A stretch of 62,993 nt of DNA, filler included, from Vannella sp. (taxonomy: Eukaryota): assembly GCA_023345925.1 (NCBI GenBank). It is 7 parts of 7 records of this genome, joined end to end, with 100 filler letters (N's around TTAATTAATTAA, not from the genome) between each part and the next. Parts side by side here need not be neighbours in the genome. Positions count along the whole stretch, not along the records: positions 57,936 to 62,993 come from JAJQQN010000775.1; 6 more parts are not named here. One strand, 5' to 3'. Position 1 is the stretch's first letter. Each line of letters opens with the position of its first letter. Shown piece after piece: positions 59,888-62,993 of the stretch. Under the pieces are notes generated by a model. That model was given only the letters and a program-made list of their open reading frames with translations, did no database searches and had not been told where the DNA came from. Both the position numbers and the translations under genes were made by a program.

Positions 59888-61596
59888 TCAAAGGGAAGAA
59901 CGCTTCAAGGCCTGGCGGACACCAAGGTCAAGCATGATCTCTTCCGAGCCAGCAGGAATAGCGTAAGCGCGCACTTCACGGTAGAGACGCTCCACCTTCT
60001 CTCCTTGCCCGCCGCGTGTGTAGGCCAGACCACCAAAGATCTGGGCTGCCTCCCTGGCACAGTATTCGAAGGTCTTCGTTGCTTGCGCCTTCATGAGAGC
60101 AATGGGACCTCCCAAGCGCTCTTGTTGCTCTTTGAAACTCATCGTATCCATCTGGTAGGTGACAAGCTCCAACCAAGCTTGGGTGGCTTCCACCTGACGG
60201 GCCATGTTGGCAATCTTCTCCCGAATGACCGGGTGGTCAATGAGCCGCTTGCCAAACGTCTTGCGTTTGTGAGCGTACTTGATAGACTCCTCCAAGCACA
60301 CGCGCGAGAAGCGGGTAGCTTGCACGATGGTTCCCCAACGCTCGTGGTTGAAGTTGATCATAATGCACTTGAAGCCCTTGTTCTCCTCTCCAATGAGGTT
60401 CTCGATTGGCACCTTGACATCCTCGAAGGTAATGTAGGTGGTTCCAGAAGGCCACACTCCCGAGCACTTCATCTGAGTGGTGGTGACACCAGGCATGGTC
60501 TTCTCAATAAGCAGGAGGGACACTCCACCCATTCCAGGGCCGCCAGTACGCACAGCTGTGGTGAAGTAGTCGGCAAAGACACCGTTGGTGATCCACTTCT
60601 TCTCTCCGTTGACGATGTAGAACTTGCCGCACTCCGACTTTTTCGCTTCTGTGCGCAGTCCAGCAACATCACTTCCGGCGTAGGGCTCTGTAATGGCTAA
60701 GCAGATGACCTTTTCTCCCCAAAGGCAGTCGCGAACGACCTTCTTCTTCAAGTAATCGGATCCAAAGTGGAGAACTGGGGGCAATCCAATGCTCAGGCCT
60801 CCATAAAGGCCCCACAGGACACCTCCAGACCCACAACGAGACACTTCGTCGGTCAGAATCAGCTCGTGGAACGAGTCAAACTTTCCAGCCCTCGTTAGTT
60901 CAGCTCCTCCGTCCTTGTCAGGCTGCTTACCTCCTCTGGCTTGATTCCTCCGATAATGCGAGGGTAGTCAGCATACTCTGCAGGCCACGGAGCTCCAATG
61001 ACACCAGCAAGCATACCCGCTTGGGCGCACTTGCGGAAGAGCTCTTTGGGCAGGGCCTTGTTCTCGTCCCATTCATGACAGAAAGGCATGATGTTCTCCT
61101 CCACAAAGGCGCGTATCTCCGCACGGAAGCGGCGGTGTGAGTCGTTGTAGTAAGGCACGTTCCACTCTTGATACCAAGCGGGGTCTCCGAATGGAACCAT
61201 CTCTCCGAAAGCCCCTTGGAGAGAGGCGCTATCGTTCACAGGGCTTTGCTCAGGCACAGCGTTCTCCTATGAAGGTGTGAGATATGATACAAGTGCGCCA
61301 ACGAAGAGGTCTTACGTTGACCTCGCCAATAAGCAGCTCGGGAGAGTACTTGGTCAGAACACTTTGGGCGTGGAAGCTGGCGAATTGCTCGGTTGCGTCT
61401 TGTCCAGCTACTTTCAGAAGGACACGCTTGCCACCAGGGTGGTCCTTCAGGAACTTGGTGACATCAAAGACCTTGCCCTGAATAATCACCCAGCCTGAGC
61501 CCCTTCAATCAGTCCCGCTCTAACCTCCTCTCCTCTTCACTCACAATCTTCTTCGGTGTTATGCTTTGCAACCTCTGCGGACGAGAAGCTCTTCAT
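59888..61596 (-). CDS. Cytochrome b5 - acyl-CoA dehydrogenase fusion, multi-exon
   Basis: b5 domain: EVAKHN...VFDVTKFLKDHPGG...DATEQF. ACAD domain: CLAITEPYAGSDVA, NGEKKWITNG, NFNHER, QIFGGLAY and IPAGSEEIM. Confidence 0.93.
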
Positions 61597-61981
61597 CTCA
61601 AAAAGCAAGCAAATAATGATTAAATGCGGATTGCGGAATGGAACATTCAGCTCCGCTTGGTTCTGATTGGCTCCTCCTGTCCAATCATTTTTTCGGGTCC
61701 GTTTGGTGCTTGTGGTGCGTGAGACTTGGTTGTCTTCACTTCTCATGAGGTGAAGGTGACTGGTCCGGTGCGAGTTCTTTTGAACTGAGAGTGTTCCGCG
61801 GATGAGTTTTTCAGAAACGGAGCAACTTTGCCACTCCTTCGGCTCGATACATCAAAGTGCAGCCTCATAGTATGCGTTGTGTTGTTTTTGGCGTAATCCA
61901 AAGAGTTCCATAACCTTCGTGTCTCCCGGCAATGTAACACTTCTTCTCCCCTCTTTAGTAATAAAGAAGACGCTTTATCAT

Positions 61982-62993
61982 CTACACGAGGAAAGGAACC
62001 AGCGCCTTTCGCTGTTTGGGGTACACGGTAGTACCGTTCTCTCCATTGAACTCCTTGCGATAACGACGATGTTTGGCCAGAGCCCAGAAGTACATCTGGA
62101 AAGCCCCTTGGAAGGTAAAGAGGCAAGCAGCGAACGAGCAAGTCATCAGGCAGAAGCCCAACCAGCCTAGGATCTCGTACGTGTAGTTCGCACATGAAAC
62201 CAACTGGAACAAGCCTCCCTGTGGGATGTTGCGCTCCTTAGTGCCAGGCTTTCGAAGGTTTCGCAGAGTCAAGTGCGACTGCAAGTTCCCCAGCTCACCA
62301 ACCTGGTGCTCCTTGTTAGCAAGAAAGATTAGGCGATAGGGAGTACTGACAATGAAGAGGAGAAGGCCAGCCCCGATGATCAGAGGGGAAGGAGAAGGGA
62401 AACCGGGACGATTGATAAAGTAGCTGCACAGGATGGCATTGCCCCAGTAGTAGGAGGAGTTCTTGAAGAGGTTACGAAGTGGCATGGTGCTGTTACCAAA
62501 GCGGTGAACGAAGAGAGTCTCAAACTCGCGCTTGAGATAATGAAGCAAGAAGCATGCAAGCGCAAGGCTGTTGCGGTTAGGCGGGGCTAAGAGGGAGCAG
62601 GAGAGCTTACTGTTGAAGGGTAGAGAGGGGAGCACTTGATGGTCCGTAAATGAGGGCGGGCTGAAGGTAGAAGATGGGATAAGCGAGCATGGGGCCGAGG
62701 TATTCGAGGACGAACACCATCTTCCAGGAGATTTGGGGGCCTAGAGATACACCAGTCGTCACTATAGATGATTTGCGATGTTGTAGGACCCACCTAGGTC
62801 CTTGAAGGTCAGGGAACAGTCCGAGGTGAGTCCATAGTCCGACAATTTCTTGCGAGAGTCGAGCGTGGTGGAGGTACCTGTTCCAGTATGAGCAATGCAA
62901 GCTTCATAGGTATGTTTTACAGCTTACCCTCTTTCTCTAGGGTCAATCGTTGGCGAACGACGGGATACTGAGGCTCTGCATGCCCGATCAGCA
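61982..62993 (-). CDS. TECR: Very-long-chain trans-2,3-enoyl-CoA reductase (TECR/Tsc13), 5' end outside the window
   Basis: Motifs FKDLG|PQISWKMVFVLEYLGP, HYLKREFETLFVHRF, NSSYYW, HLTLRNLR and VSCANYTYEILGW. Confidence 0.92.

Noticed and set aside
59888..61596. Cytochrome b5-ACAD fusion as a novelty
   Set aside because: This architecture is already known in fungi and protists.
1..62993. Prokaryotic operons, defence islands, tRNA/rRNA genes, transposase or reverse-transcriptase ORFs
   Set aside because: None recognised; all identified genes are eukaryotic and most are spliced.

Overview
This is eukaryotic DNA, not prokaryotic. Seven contig pieces are joined by six artificial 100-nt linkers (44 N + TTAATTAATTAA + 44 N), so gene order across a linker carries no information. 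The genome is extremely compact: GT-AG introns are about 44-65 nt, intergenic gaps are often under 100 nt, and CCAAT boxes recur in promoters. Gene content (actophorin-like cofilin, BRK1, RalGAP-alpha, a CNB-spacer-CNB module) suggests a free-living amoeboid protist, possibly Amoebozoa; this is an inference. Recognisable genes: CPQ/M28 peptidase, LRR protein, DDX60-like helicase, BRK1, GDA1/CD39 apyrase, CPSF160, BCAT, cofilin, VPS52, PRMT, RalGAP-alpha, SRPK, ppGalNAc-T, LUC7, a P450, POLQ, UGGT, a cytochrome b5/acyl-CoA dehydrogenase fusion and TECR. The most interesting signals are four. (1) A single spliced gene encodes a full cyclin (L/K/T-like) fused in frame to a CDK10/11-like kinase. 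(2) A DH-PH-cNMP-spacer-cNMP-RapGAP signalling protein. (3) A stand-alone TTLL12 SET-like domain with inserted UBA and CS domains and no ligase domain. (4) A candidate structured ncRNA of about 180 nt. All family assignments come from motif recognition by eye; no database searches were run.
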